The notes beneath the pieces are model-generated. The model did no database searches and was not told where the DNA came from. It was given only the letters and a program-made list of their open reading frames with translations. From NCBI GenBank assembly GCA_963665125.2, contig CAXXUK010000001.1:64001-128000 (forward strand): 64,000 nt of DNA, read 5' to 3'. Source of the DNA: an uncultured Desulfarculus sp. (GTDB lineage: Bacteria > Desulfobacterota > Desulfarculia > Desulfarculales > Desulfarculaceae). Position numbers and translations under genes: made by a program. Of the stretch, positions 38,486-48,429 are shown piece after piece; position 1 is the first letter of the stretch; each line of letters begins with the position of its first letter.

Positions 38486-39526
38486 TTGCAACTGCCTTAC
38501 ATAACGTCTGATTTACCCGGTATTGGCGGCTCGATCAAGAGCGAGCCATCACATTTCGTGGTGGAGGAACTGCCGCTGTATCTGCCCGAGGGCAGCGGTG
38601 AGCACATTTACCTCAATATCACCCGCGAGGGCATGACCACCAAGGAGGCGGCGGGTCAGATGGCCAGAGCCTTGGGCGTCGACGGGCAAGATATCAGCAC
38701 GGCCGGGCTCAAGGACAAGCATGCCCTGACCACCCAGACCTTTTCCGTGCATCACCTGACCATGGAGCCCGATGAGGCTGCCCGGCGCATAACCGAGGCC
38801 ATGGACGCCAAAGTCAACTGGACCAAACGGCACCTCAACAAGCTCAAGACGGGCCATCTTTTGGGCAACCGCTTCCGAATCCTTGTGGAGGGGCCGGGCG
38901 CGGACAGCCTGGCCGCGGCCAGGGAGATCGTCGAAGCCTTGCGGGAAAGAGGCCTGCCCAACTATTACGGGCCCCAGCGCTTTGGCCGCCAGGGAGACAA
39001 TGTGGAGCGCGGCAGGCAGATCATCCAGGGAGCCAGGCCGCCCAAGCAGAAGTGGCTGCGCAATCTGCTGATATCGGCCTATCAGTCCCAATTGTTCAAC
39101 GATTGGCTCACCGCGCGAATAATCGATGGCTTGTTTGGTGAACTGATCACGGGCGACGTGGCCAAGAAGACCGACACCGGCGGGCTGTTCACCGTGGAGG
39201 ACCTGGCCGTGGACCAGGACAGGTTTGACCGGGGCGAACTCACCTACACCGGGCCCATCTACGGATCCAAGATGCGCTGGGCAGAGGCTGACGCGCTTGG
39301 CCGCGAAATGGCCGTCATCCAGGCCGCGGACGTGGGCGAGGAAGATTTCAAACGGGCCGGGGTCAAGGGGTCGCGCCGGGTGGCCCGGCTGGTTCCCGAC
39401 GAATTGGAGATCACCAGCGGCCAGGGCGGCCTGTGGTTCGACTTCGCCTTGCCCAAGGGCTCCTACGCTACGGTGATTCTGCGGGAGTTCATGAAAAACG
39501 ACGCCGAGGTTTCCCTTGCCGAGTAA
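38486..39526 (+). CDS. truD: tRNA pseudouridine(13) synthase
   Basis: AGLKDKHALTTQ, GNRF, PNYYGPQRFG, LPKGSYAT. Confidence 0.95.
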   Translation: MQLPYITSDLPGIGGSIKSEPSHFVVEELPLYLPEGSGEHIYLNITREGMTTKEAAGQMARALGVDGQDISTAGLKDKHALTTQTFSVHHLTMEPDEAARRITEAMDAKVNWTKRHLNKLKTGHLLGNRFRILVEGPGADSLAAAREIVEALRERGLPNYYGPQRFGRQGDNVERGRQIIQGARPPKQKWLRNLLISAYQSQLFNDWLTARIIDGLFGELITGDVAKKTDTGGLFTVEDLAVDQDRFDRGELTYTGPIYGSKMRWAEADALGREMAVIQAADVGEEDFKRAGVKGSRRVARLVPDELEITSGQGGLWFDFALPKGSYATVILREFMKNDAEVSLAE

Positions 39527-40456
39527 TCAGCCCCGGCGCAGGCGCTGGGCCACGGTATCCAGGGCCAGCTGAATGGATGCGTTGGGCAGGATTCCGCTGC
39601 CCGGCGCCACCCGCACCTGCCATTTGCCGTCGTCTTCCCGGCGGGCCACCCTGATGTAGAAATTCTGGCTGAATCCGTCTTCAGCGGCGATCATCCGCAG
39701 CAAGGCTGTCTGTTTGACCGGGTCATAGTAAAACTCCCGGCAACACACCACCATGGTTTGCTGGGGGTGCTCGAACTCGGCAAGCAGGCCGGGGTCAAAT
39801 TCATCCAATAATGGCGTTTGCAATTCCAACTCCGTGTAGGCTGGTACGTCGGCGTGCTCGGCCTTGGTTAGAGTCAGCTCGAAAAAATCTTCCTGGCCGC
39901 CGTCTTGCCAGCGGCGCTCATACTTGGTGTTGTGCTGGGCGCCGATCATCCGGCGGCTCAGTTCGAAACCGCTGCCAACGCTTTGTTCGCTGACCCAGTC
40001 GGCGAACTGCCCCCAGTCGGTGACCAGGCGGAAGGTGCCCCCGTCAATCAGGCGGCTGTTCATCAGGCGCAAAAAGGGCAGGGCGAACAGGCGTTTGTGC
40101 TCGTGTTTTTCCTTGGGCCAGGGGCAGGGGAACAGGCAATAGACGTGGCTCAGCTCCATGGGTCGGAACATCCGCCCTAGGACGATGTCGGCCCCGCCTT
40201 TGGTCAGGCGCACGTTGGGCAGGCCCATCTGGTTTGCCCGGCGCATGGACCGCGACACCGAGGGCCAGTTCAGGTCCACGGCCATAAAATCATGCTGGGG
40301 CAATTCGGTGGCCCGGCGGGCCAGGACCTCGCCATTGCCGCAGCCGATCTCCAGTTCAATGGGCGCGCTGCGGCCGAATATGGCCTGCCAGTCCAGAGGC
40401 GTGGGCGTATCGCGCCAGCACACGTAATTATGCATTGAGATGTAACGCTTTTTCAT
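39527..40456 (-). CDS. trmB: tRNA (guanine-N7)-methyltransferase with C-terminal extension
   Basis: LEIGCGNG, FPCPWPKEKH..RL, TD, TKYERRW. Confidence 0.9.
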   Translation of the reverse strand: MKKRYISMHNYVCWRDTPTPLDWQAIFGRSAPIELEIGCGNGEVLARRATELPQHDFMAVDLNWPSVSRSMRRANQMGLPNVRLTKGGADIVLGRMFRPMELSHVYCLFPCPWPKEKHEHKRLFALPFLRLMNSRLIDGGTFRLVTDWGQFADWVSEQSVGSGFELSRRMIGAQHNTKYERRWQDGGQEDFFELTLTKAEHADVPAYTELELQTPLLDEFDPGLLAEFEHPQQTMVVCCREFYYDPVKQTALLRMIAAEDGFSQNFYIRVARREDDGKWQVRVAPGSGILPNASIQLALDTVAQRLRRG

Positions 40457-40558
40457 AGCGCCAGAGATTGTATCATCCCTCGGCCCCGCTGCAACCCCAA
40501 TGCTTGGGAACCCAAATCACCTTTTAGCGAGCCGCCGAATTGTTCGGAACCGCCGCCT

Positions 40559-42238
40559 CTAAACTGATTCCGTTCCAGCCTTTGCCGGCCACTGAAATTC
40601 ATCTGGCAAAGCCTTGTAGGTCTCCAGTTCGGCCGTCAGGCGATCGTGCATCTGTTGCATATGTTTGATATTGGCGCTCTTGCGCGAGCCCCATGCAAGG
40701 TTCTTTAACTGCCCTGGATCGTCAGTCATGTTGTACATCTCATACTGAATTTGTGTGCCCTTGTCGGTAAAGTACACGGCGTACATCCAGTCCTCGAAAC
40801 GGATGCTGCGTATCCTGCCCGGCATGGTTTCATAGAAGTTTTTCTTGCCCAGGAATTTTCCAAAGAAGTACTGAACGTCCTCGGTGAACATCATGATATT
40901 GTCGCGCACGCTGACATCCGGGTCTTGCATGATGGGCACCAGAGACTTGCCGCAGATGCCCATGCTCTTAAGTTCAGCGGGTGAGGCGGCGCCGGTTATT
41001 TCCGCGACAGGGGGAACCAAGTCGATCAGGCTGGCAAAGGATGACGTGGTCTTGCCTTGGGGGAAGAGCTTGGGGTTGGAGATGATCATGGGGACGTTGA
41101 TCGACTCCTGGTAGCTGTTCACGCTTTTTTGCTGCATTTGGTGGGAGAAGCCCTGCTCGCCGTGGTCGGCGAAACGGAAGATGATGGTGTCGTCGGTGAG
41201 CCCCTTTTCGTCCAGCTTGTCCAACACGGCAGCGATTTGCTTGTCCACTACGCTATGAAGGTGCGCGTAGAAGCGGCAGTATTCGATGCGATCCTGGTCG
41301 CTGGAGCAGGGGAACGCCTTGTCGCAGAGTTTCTTAATCCAGGTCTGGCCGATGGGCTTTTCTTTAAGGTCATCTTTATAGTTGGGAGGCAGTCCGATCT
41401 CATTAAGGTTCTTGTAATCCGCTTCGTTGTAGCCCCATTTGCACTGATCGGGCCAGATAGAGATATCGTGAGGGTTGCCAAAGGAACACACCAAAAGAAA
41501 AGGTTTGTCCGTTTTCGGGTCATGGTTGTCCAGGTTTTCGGAAATCGTCTCACCTTTACCCACGGCGGGCGTCATCCGGTTGTATGTGTCCGGCACGCCG
41601 CTCACATAGCGGGCATCGTTGTTGGGCCAGCCCCCGGCCATCCAGACACTGGCCCCCGCGTCTATGGAGTCGTCGGGCGGGTTCCAGCGGTTCGCGCGGT
41701 AGTGGTCCGAGGCCCACTTGATGTCATAACTGGTGAAGCTGTCCGTGGACGGGTTGCTCCGGGGCGTGAATAGGTGCATCTTTCCCTTGTAGGCGATCTC
41801 GTACCCGGCCTGCTCGGCAAGTTTGAAAATGTTGGTAAGGTCATCCCTCAGGGCGGGATTCGGCGGAGTATTAATAACGCCGTGCACACTGGGATAAACA
41901 CCGGTGAGAAAGGTTGCCCGGCTGGGCGCGCAAGAGGTTGCGGCAGCGTAGTTGTTTGTAAAGGTCACGCCGTGGTTTTGCAGGCGGGCCATGGTGGGCA
42001 TGTGCGCCTCGATCCACCCGTCCGGCCAGTGCTGGGCCTGCCGCTGTTGGTCCGTGATGATCAACACGATGTTGGGGCGTTTTTTCGCTGTGGTGCTCAG
42101 GGGTGAAGATGTTTTGCCGTCGTCCGTGGGACTTGCGCTGTAAGCCGTTCCCGCGTTGCCCAACACACCTGCGGCCATGACTCCGGCTGTAACCGCCAAG
42201 CTGTTTTTGAGGAATTCTCGCCGTGTCCTGCCTTTCAT
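40559..42238 (-). CDS. Tat-exported sulfatase (Cys-type FGly)
   Basis: TRREFLK, PNIVLIITDQ, CAPSRATFLTG, GKMHL, DHGE. Confidence 0.9.
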   Translation of the reverse strand: MKGRTRREFLKNSLAVTAGVMAAGVLGNAGTAYSASPTDDGKTSSPLSTTAKKRPNIVLIITDQQRQAQHWPDGWIEAHMPTMARLQNHGVTFTNNYAAATSCAPSRATFLTGVYPSVHGVINTPPNPALRDDLTNIFKLAEQAGYEIAYKGKMHLFTPRSNPSTDSFTSYDIKWASDHYRANRWNPPDDSIDAGASVWMAGGWPNNDARYVSGVPDTYNRMTPAVGKGETISENLDNHDPKTDKPFLLVCSFGNPHDISIWPDQCKWGYNEADYKNLNEIGLPPNYKDDLKEKPIGQTWIKKLCDKAFPCSSDQDRIEYCRFYAHLHSVVDKQIAAVLDKLDEKGLTDDTIIFRFADHGEQGFSHQMQQKSVNSYQESINVPMIISNPKLFPQGKTTSSFASLIDLVPPVAEITGAASPAELKSMGICGKSLVPIMQDPDVSVRDNIMMFTEDVQYFFGKFLGKKNFYETMPGRIRSIRFEDWMYAVYFTDKGTQIQYEMYNMTDDPGQLKNLAWGSRKSANIKHMQQMHDRLTAELETYKALPDEFQWPAKAGTESV

Positions 42239-42440
42239 TGTCCTGCTCCTTGATGGGAGTATTGGTGGACCCATTGACCGCAGGTCGGCATGACAATGGG
42301 AACAAAGCCATTCGTTAAGCCATGAAACTACTCTAGGCTACAATACAGGTCGATTAAAGGGGCTATACCTATTAAAAGTGGGGAATTGCCATCATGGGAG
42401 GAAAACTGATTTGCCTGGAAAATCAGAGAAACACGGAGCC

Positions 42441-42478
42441 TAAACCGGCACTGACCCCGTGCTGTCAGTGCCGGTTAA
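42441..42478. terminator. Stem-loop downstream of the GGCT gene
   Basis: AACCGGCACTGAC/GTCAGTGCCGGTT. Confidence 0.6.
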
Positions 42479-42485
42479 ATGCCTG

Positions 42486-42941
42486 CTAATCCACATCCGG
42501 CCTGCCGCCCAGAAACTCCCGCCAGTAGCCGTCCTCGGCCTTGGTCTGTTGGTAATGGGTCTTCCAGCAACCGCCGGGTATCAGCTTTTCATGGGGCTCG
42601 GCCGGCCGGTTGAGGAAGTAGGCCCAGGCGGTTTGCCGGGGCTCCAGCAGATCGACCGCCAGCCGCAAGTATTCCGAGCCGTCCGGATCTTCGGTGTGGT
42701 AGTCTTCGAAATGGTCAAGAATAGCCAATGCCTTGGGATCATCAATCCTATACAGCTCGCCCCTGACCCGGCCCTGGCCCTGGATCATTCCGGGATACAG
42801 GCCCAGGTCGTATAGCTCCCCGCGCATCAGGCAGTCGGCCTGGTAGCTGACCATGTGCTCGATGCCCAGATGGGCCACGGTGGGAAAGCCGCGCATCAAG
42901 GTGCCGTAAAAAACTATGTATTGCGCGCTGTTTGTTGACAT
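42486..42941 (-). CDS. Gamma-glutamylcyclotransferase (GGACT/AIG2-like)
   Basis: FYGTLM, YPG, V.GELY, LDHFE. Confidence 0.88.
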   Translation of the reverse strand: MSTNSAQYIVFYGTLMRGFPTVAHLGIEHMVSYQADCLMRGELYDLGLYPGMIQGQGRVRGELYRIDDPKALAILDHFEDYHTEDPDGSEYLRLAVDLLEPRQTAWAYFLNRPAEPHEKLIPGGCWKTHYQQTKAEDGYWREFLGGRPDVD

Positions 42942-42963
42942 GACGTTTGATGGGCCTCCGGGT

Positions 42964-43482
42964 TTACTTGAGCGCCGCCACCACGGCCCGCATAAAGGCC
43001 GGGAGATCGGCGGGAGTGCGGCTGGTGATGAGCTTGCCGTCGACAACGCATTGTTCGTCCACCCAGGTGGCCCCGGCGTGTACCATGTCCGCCTTGATGG
43101 CGAAAAACGAGGTAAGGGTGTGGCCCTGGCAGATCTCGGCCGAGGCCAGCATCCAGCCGCCGTGGCATATGGCCGCCACCACGCCGCCGTTGTCATGGAT
43201 ATCGCGAACAAAGTCGACCATGCCCTGGCTGCGGCGCATGAAGTCCGGGGCAAAACCACCGGGGATGACCACGCCGTCGAAATCGGCCGCCTTGACGTTG
43301 GCCACGGCCGCGTCGACTTTTACCGGCAGGCCGACCTTGCTGTTATATGTATCGGCGGTGCCGCTGCCGATGATCAGGGTCTCGGCTCCGGCTTCCAGCA
43401 GGCGGTAGTACGGGTAGACCAACTCGAATTCGTTGTACATTTCCTCGGCCAGGATCGCCACTTTTTTGCCTTGCAGTTCCAT
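42964..43482 (-). CDS. DJ-1/PfpI family protein
   Basis: IPGGFAPD, AICHG, ITSRTPADLPAF. Confidence 0.92.
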   Translation of the reverse strand: MELQGKKVAILAEEMYNEFELVYPYYRLLEAGAETLIIGSGTADTYNSKVGLPVKVDAAVANVKAADFDGVVIPGGFAPDFMRRSQGMVDFVRDIHDNGGVVAAICHGGWMLASAEICQGHTLTSFFAIKADMVHAGATWVDEQCVVDGKLITSRTPADLPAFMRAVVAALK

Positions 43483-43678
43483 GCGCCCTTCTCCTGCTAC
43501 AGGTTTTTTCCTTTTGATTAGCATAACAATGAATCCAACGGCGGGATGTGTCAAGTTCGCCCAGGCCGATGATTGCCTTGGATAACAGCCGGTGATTTGT
43601 TACCATTTTTTATATGCGACCTTGAATGATCAATATTGCGGCACCATCCAATCATCCCCGGCAGGTAAAGGCGATACC

Positions 43679-45361
43679 ATGGCGAAAAACGAACTGACGA
43701 TTATGATCGGCGGCGAGGCTGGCCAGGGTCTGGTTACCATCGGCCAAGTCCTTTCCAAGGCCCTCGTGCGGGCCGGATACCACATCGTTGTGGGCCAGAG
43801 CTACATGTCGCGCATCCGCGGCGGGCACAACACCTTCAGCATCCGGGCCTCGGCCACGCCCATCGCCGCCCAGCGCGAGGGCGTGGACCTGCTGGTGGCC
43901 CTGAACCAGGAGACTTTGACCCTGCACGAAAACGAACTGCGGCCCGGCGCCCTGGTTTTGGCCGACACCGGCCTGACCTGCGGCCTGGCACCCTGTTTTT
44001 CCATCCCCTACAAGGAACTGGCCCCGCTACGCTATGTCAACACCCTGGCCCTGGGCGTGGCCGCGTATCTGATGGGCCTGGGAAAGGACCATGTGGAAGT
44101 GGTCTTGGCGGCCACCCTGAAAAAACAGCCAGAGGACGTGATTGAGGCCAACAAGGAGGCCCTGGACAAGGCCTGGGAATGGGCGGACGGCCAGGACGCC
44201 CGGTTCGAGGCCCTGCCGCCGGTTCAGGCCAGGGACCAGCGCCTGCTCATGGGCGGCAACGAGGCCATTGCCCTGGGGGCCATGGCCGCCGGGGCCAAGT
44301 TCTGCGCCTTTTACCCCATGACCCCGTCGACCTCGGTGGCCCTGACCCTGGTGGCCCATGCCAAGAAGATGGGCATGGTGGTTGAGCAGGCCGAGGATGA
44401 AATATCGGCCATCAACATGGTCATCGGCGCGTCATACGCCGGGGCTCCGTCCATCGTTACCACCAGCGGCGGCGGTTTCGCCCTGATGGGCGAGGGCGTC
44501 AGCCTGGCCGGCATGACCGAGACGCCGGTGGTCATCGTGGTGATCCAGCGTCCCGGCCCGGCCACTGGCCTGCCCACCCGCACCGAGCAGGGCGACCTGG
44601 AGCTTGTGTTGTACGCGGGTCACGGCGAATTTCCCAGGGCCGTGCTCACGCCAGGCAGTGTGGAGGAATGCTTCGATTTGGCGGCCAAGGCCTTTATCCT
44701 GGCCGAGAAATACCAGGGCCCGGTCTTTGTGCTGGGCGATCAATTCATGGCCGACTCCCTGCGGGCGGTGGAGCCTTTTGATGTCGACGCCGTGGAACAG
44801 GTGCTTCCCGGCCTGCGCGGCCTGGACCAGGGCCAGAAATACCAGCGGTATGAAGTGACGCCGGATGGCGTCTCGCCCAGGGCCATACCCGGTCTGGGGG
44901 CCGAATTGGTGGTGGCCGACAGCGACGAGCATACGCCCGACGGACATATCACCGAGGACCTGGACGTGCGAGTGACCATGGCCGAAAAGCGGATGCAAAA
45001 GCTCACTGGCCTGATCGATGATGTGCTGCCGCCGCTGTTCGACGGGCCCGAGGACGCCGAGTTGATCCTGGCCTGCTGGGGTAGCAGCAAGGGCGCGGTG
45101 GCCGAGGCCGCCTCGGAGCTGCGCGAAAAAGGCCTGAGCGTGGCCACCTGCCACTTCCGCCAGGTTTGGCCCCTGGTGGGCGAACATTTCCTGGACCGCT
45201 TCGAGCAGGCGGGCAGGGTGATGATGGTCGAGGGCAATCTCACCGGCCAACTGGCTGGCCTGATCCGCCGGGAGACGGGCTTCGAGGTCAGCGGGATCGT
45301 ACCCCGCTACGACGGCCTGCCCATGACCCCGGAATACATCCTGCGCGAACTTGACGCCTGA
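43679..45361 (+). CDS. 2-oxoacid:ferredoxin oxidoreductase alpha subunit
   Basis: GGEAGQG, YPMTP, QAEDEI, TSGGGF, QRPGPATGLPT. Confidence 0.92.
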   Translation: MAKNELTIMIGGEAGQGLVTIGQVLSKALVRAGYHIVVGQSYMSRIRGGHNTFSIRASATPIAAQREGVDLLVALNQETLTLHENELRPGALVLADTGLTCGLAPCFSIPYKELAPLRYVNTLALGVAAYLMGLGKDHVEVVLAATLKKQPEDVIEANKEALDKAWEWADGQDARFEALPPVQARDQRLLMGGNEAIALGAMAAGAKFCAFYPMTPSTSVALTLVAHAKKMGMVVEQAEDEISAINMVIGASYAGAPSIVTTSGGGFALMGEGVSLAGMTETPVVIVVIQRPGPATGLPTRTEQGDLELVLYAGHGEFPRAVLTPGSVEECFDLAAKAFILAEKYQGPVFVLGDQFMADSLRAVEPFDVDAVEQVLPGLRGLDQGQKYQRYEVTPDGVSPRAIPGLGAELVVADSDEHTPDGHITEDLDVRVTMAEKRMQKLTGLIDDVLPPLFDGPEDAELILACWGSSKGAVAEAASELREKGLSVATCHFRQVWPLVGEHFLDRFEQAGRVMMVEGNLTGQLAGLIRRETGFEVSGIVPRYDGLPMTPEYILRELDA

Positions 45362-45377
45362 TGCCGCGAAAAGGAGC

Positions 45378-46235
45378 ATGAAAATGGCTACAGTGGAAGA
45401 CTTTGGCACATTCGAGACGGCCTGGTGCCCCGGCTGCGGCAACCACGCGATTTTAAAGGCCCTGAAAAAGGCCCTAGCCGACGGCGGATACGAGCCACGC
45501 GACATATTGATGGTCAGCGGCATTGGCCAGGCGGCCAAGACACCGCATTATCTCAAGTGCAACGCCTTCAACGGCCTGCACGGCCGCTCGCTGCCCACGG
45601 CCACCGGGGCCCGGCTGGCCAACCCCAACCTGAAGGTGATCGTCGAAAGCGGCGACGGCTGCCATTACGGCGAGGGTGGCAACCATTTTCTGGGGGCGCT
45701 CAGGCGCAACCTGGATATCACCGTCATCGTCCACGACAACCAGGTCTACGGCCTGACCAAGGGCCAGGCCAGCCCCACCAGCATGGAGGGCTTCAAGACC
45801 AAGGCCCAGCCAGACGGAGTCTGGGCCCATCCCTTCAACCCGTTGGCCGTGGCCGTTAGCCTGCATGCCGGATTCGTGGCCCGGGGCTTTTCCGGCGAGA
45901 CCGAGCACCTGGCCGGGTTGATCCAACAAGGCATGAAGCACCGGGGCCTGGCTTTAATAGACGTGTTGCAGCCCTGCGTGTCCTTCAACAAGGTCAATAC
46001 ATTCAAGTGGTACAGGGACCGCGTGTACAAGCTGGGCGATGATCACGATCCCACAGACTGGCAGACGGCAATGCAGCTGTGCTTCGAGTTCGGCGAGCAT
46101 ATCCCCATCGGCGTGATTTATGAAAACCACCGCCAGGCCTTTGATGAGCATTTCCCGGTTCTGGATCAAGGCCCCTTGGCCGACCAGCCGGTGGACAAGG
46201 ATGCCCTGCGCCAGGTGATGCAGAGCTTTGCCTAA
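45378..46235 (+). CDS. 2-oxoacid:ferredoxin oxidoreductase beta subunit
   Basis: WCPGCG, LHGR, GDG, YGLTKGQASPT, QPCVSFN. Confidence 0.92.
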   Translation: MKMATVEDFGTFETAWCPGCGNHAILKALKKALADGGYEPRDILMVSGIGQAAKTPHYLKCNAFNGLHGRSLPTATGARLANPNLKVIVESGDGCHYGEGGNHFLGALRRNLDITVIVHDNQVYGLTKGQASPTSMEGFKTKAQPDGVWAHPFNPLAVAVSLHAGFVARGFSGETEHLAGLIQQGMKHRGLALIDVLQPCVSFNKVNTFKWYRDRVYKLGDDHDPTDWQTAMQLCFEFGEHIPIGVIYENHRQAFDEHFPVLDQGPLADQPVDKDALRQVMQSFA

Positions 46236-46303
46236 TCCTGGGATAAAAAAAGCGGCCGCCCTCGCGACGACGTGGGCGGCTGCTTAATTAATCAAAGATG
46301 CGT

Positions 46304-46732
46304 CTACGGCTTGAGGACTTTGTCCAGGATCTCGCGCTCAAGCCCGCTGACGCCGTCAACCCTCACCCAATCTCCGCCGGCGTCTTTTCGATGCACCTCA
46401 AGGCCCACCGAGACCTGGCTGAATTTGGGGTCTTTGCAAAAAACCCGGACCGTGCCGGAATAGCGCAGATCGCCCTTGTGGATGATGGGCAGTTCGTAGG
46501 CCATGCCGTTGTCAATAGGCTCTTCCAAGGCCAGGCCCAGATCCGGGTCGTTTTTCATGTTGCGCTTGATTCTTTGGCCCACCTCGTTACAAGGTGTATC
46601 TGCAACGGCCGCGAAAATGGTGGGCTTGGATTCAATGGGATCCATGGCCTCTCCGGCGTTGGTGGAGGCACAAGCGGCCAGCATTAATAGCACGGCCGAC
46701 GCACAAAAAATCTTGATTATCAACGAATGCAT
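46304..46732 (-). CDS. Lipoprotein of unknown function
   Basis: Lipobox LAAC; overlaps the upstream gene. Confidence 0.7.
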   Translation of the reverse strand: MHSLIIKIFCASAVLLMLAACASTNAGEAMDPIESKPTIFAAVADTPCNEVGQRIKRNMKNDPDLGLALEEPIDNGMAYELPIIHKGDLRYSGTVRVFCKDPKFSQVSVGLEVHRKDAGGDWVRVDGVSGLEREILDKVLKP

Positions 46733-47403
46733 CTCGTCCTCTGGGTAATGGAGAAAATTTCACCGCTATCGGGGTCGTACTTTGATGACTGCTTGTTTGC
46801 GACAGCACCCAAGTAACCGTTAATATTTGTTCCCGCCGCCATGGAGTACAGCAGTTGGAAAAACTGCTGGTTCTGGGTGGTTATCGGCCCGGAGCCCGTG
46901 GTGTTCATTATCGAGTCACTGTCATGGCCAAAGAAACCCAAGGCATGGGCGGCTTCGTGAATCAGCGTGCCGCTGAGGCCCTGGGCGCAACGGCTTTGGT
47001 TTGGGTTCATCCTGATAATGGCCTGCACGATATGCCCCGCCCCGTTGTAATAGGTGGTGGTTTCACCACAGACCGATGACGACAAGGTGGAATCATAATA
47101 TACCGTAATATCGCCGGTGCCGGTACCATAAGTCATGCTCAGGCCGCCGCTGGAGGCCGAGGCCCATGTGCTGAACGCGCTGGCCGTTCCGTCGATTTCG
47201 CTGCCGACGCTAACGGGATTGTAGGGCCATCGAATGGTATAGCCGCCAAGTACATAGGCATTGTGATCGTATAGGTATTGGTAGATCGTGGACGATGATG
47301 ACGAACTGGTGCCGCCGCCGCCGCCGCCGCAGCCAACGGCGGCTAACAGCGCAAAGGCGCAGATAAGTATTTTCGCGATGATGTTTTTACCCTGGTTGGC
47401 CAT
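46720..47403 (-). CDS. Matrixin-like Zn metallopeptidase lipoprotein
   Basis: Lipobox AVGC, Gly/Ser linker, HEAAHALGFFGH, SIMN Met-turn. Confidence 0.8.
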   Translation of the reverse strand: MANQGKNIIAKILICAFALLAAVGCGGGGGGTSSSSSSTIYQYLYDHNAYVLGGYTIRWPYNPVSVGSEIDGTASAFSTWASASSGGLSMTYGTGTGDITVYYDSTLSSSVCGETTTYYNGAGHIVQAIIRMNPNQSRCAQGLSGTLIHEAAHALGFFGHDSDSIMNTTGSGPITTQNQQFFQLLYSMAAGTNINGYLGAVANKQSSKYDPDSGEIFSITQRTRCIR

Positions 47404-47415
47404 GATAATACCTCA

Positions 47416-48306
47416 CTAATTGTTTACGGGCAGGTCGGCCATGGTCCTAAGCGTTATTGAATAGACGCGCGAGCCGTCCGGATCGTACCTGTCATCCCCG
47501 GAAGAGAACTTTTTATTAAGGTTGCCACGGATATCCGTACCGGGCTTGAAGGTATAAAGCATTTGGTAGAAACGCTTGTTTTGGGTGGTTACGCCTCCAC
47601 TGCCTGTGGGGTTCATTATCGAACTACTGTCGTGACCCAGAAAACCTGTCGCGTGACCCGCTTCGTGAGTCAGGGTTTTGGACAGCCCGCCGGAGCAACG
47701 GCTTTGATCCGGGTTGAGCGTAATCTCGGCTTGGACTATTTCACCGGCGGAATTCCACCAGGTCACGCACTGGCCACAGATGTTGGAACTCATCGTGTTG
47801 TCCATGGTCACCGTTATCGTGCCAGAACCACTGGCGAAAGTAAACCGTAAGCGCCCGCCCGAGGCCGAGTTCCAAACATTGAAGGCAGTCGGGACGCTGG
47901 TGGGAACACTGGTTGAACCTACTCTGACCGGTATGTTGGGATAGCGGATGGTCCTGCCGCTCAGGTATACCGCATTGTAATTATACAGATATTGATAATC
48001 CGTCAGCGACCATGTGCCGCTGGTTGTCGGCGTTGGTGTCGGAGTGGGCGTAGCAGTGGCCGTTGGCGTTGGTGTTGGCGTTGCCGTAGGCGTCGCTGTA
48101 GTCGTCGCTGTAGTCGTCGCTGTGGGGGCTGTCGTGGGAGTGGCCGATGGGTCGGCCGTTGGAACGGTTGTCGGGGTTGGGGTGGGCGTTGCCGGAGTAG
48201 ATGAATCGCCTCCGCCTCCACCGCCTCCGCAGGCCGTGGCCAGGGCCATGAGTATGGCCAGCACGACCGACATGATCTGGTTTCTCAGGTGTAATTTCTC
48301 GTGCAT
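47416..48306 (-). CDS. Paralogous metallopeptidase lipoprotein with Pro/Thr linker
   Basis: ATAC lipobox, (PT/AT)n linker, HEAGHATGFLGH, SIMN; start uncertain. Confidence 0.8.
   Translation of the reverse strand: MHEKLHLRNQIMSVVLAILMALATACGGGGGGGDSSTPATPTPTPTTVPTADPSATPTTAPTATTTATTTATPTATPTPTPTATATPTPTPTPTTSGTWSLTDYQYLYNYNAVYLSGRTIRYPNIPVRVGSTSVPTSVPTAFNVWNSASGGRLRFTFASGSGTITVTMDNTMSSNICGQCVTWWNSAGEIVQAEITLNPDQSRCSGGLSKTLTHEAGHATGFLGHDSSSIMNPTGSGGVTTQNKRFYQMLYTFKPGTDIRGNLNKKFSSGDDRYDPDGSRVYSITLRTMADLPVNN
48020..48195 (-). repeat. Low-complexity repeat encoding a Pro/Thr/Ala linker
   Basis: 6-12 bp periodic GTTGGC / GTCGCTGTA units. Confidence 0.8.
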
Positions 48307-48429
48307 CACGCCTCCCGGCCGCGACCCCCCCTTTTTAGCGTTATCGGCACACTGATCGGAAAAGGCGATGACTTTTGCCATCGCCTTTGCCTTAATCATA
48401 AATTATAGCAAACCTGAAACTTGTTGAAG

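Noticed and set aside
48020..48195. Tandem repeats as possible CRISPR or VNTR
   Set aside because: They encode a Pro/Thr linker, with no spacers and no cas genes. No CRISPR array was seen in the window.
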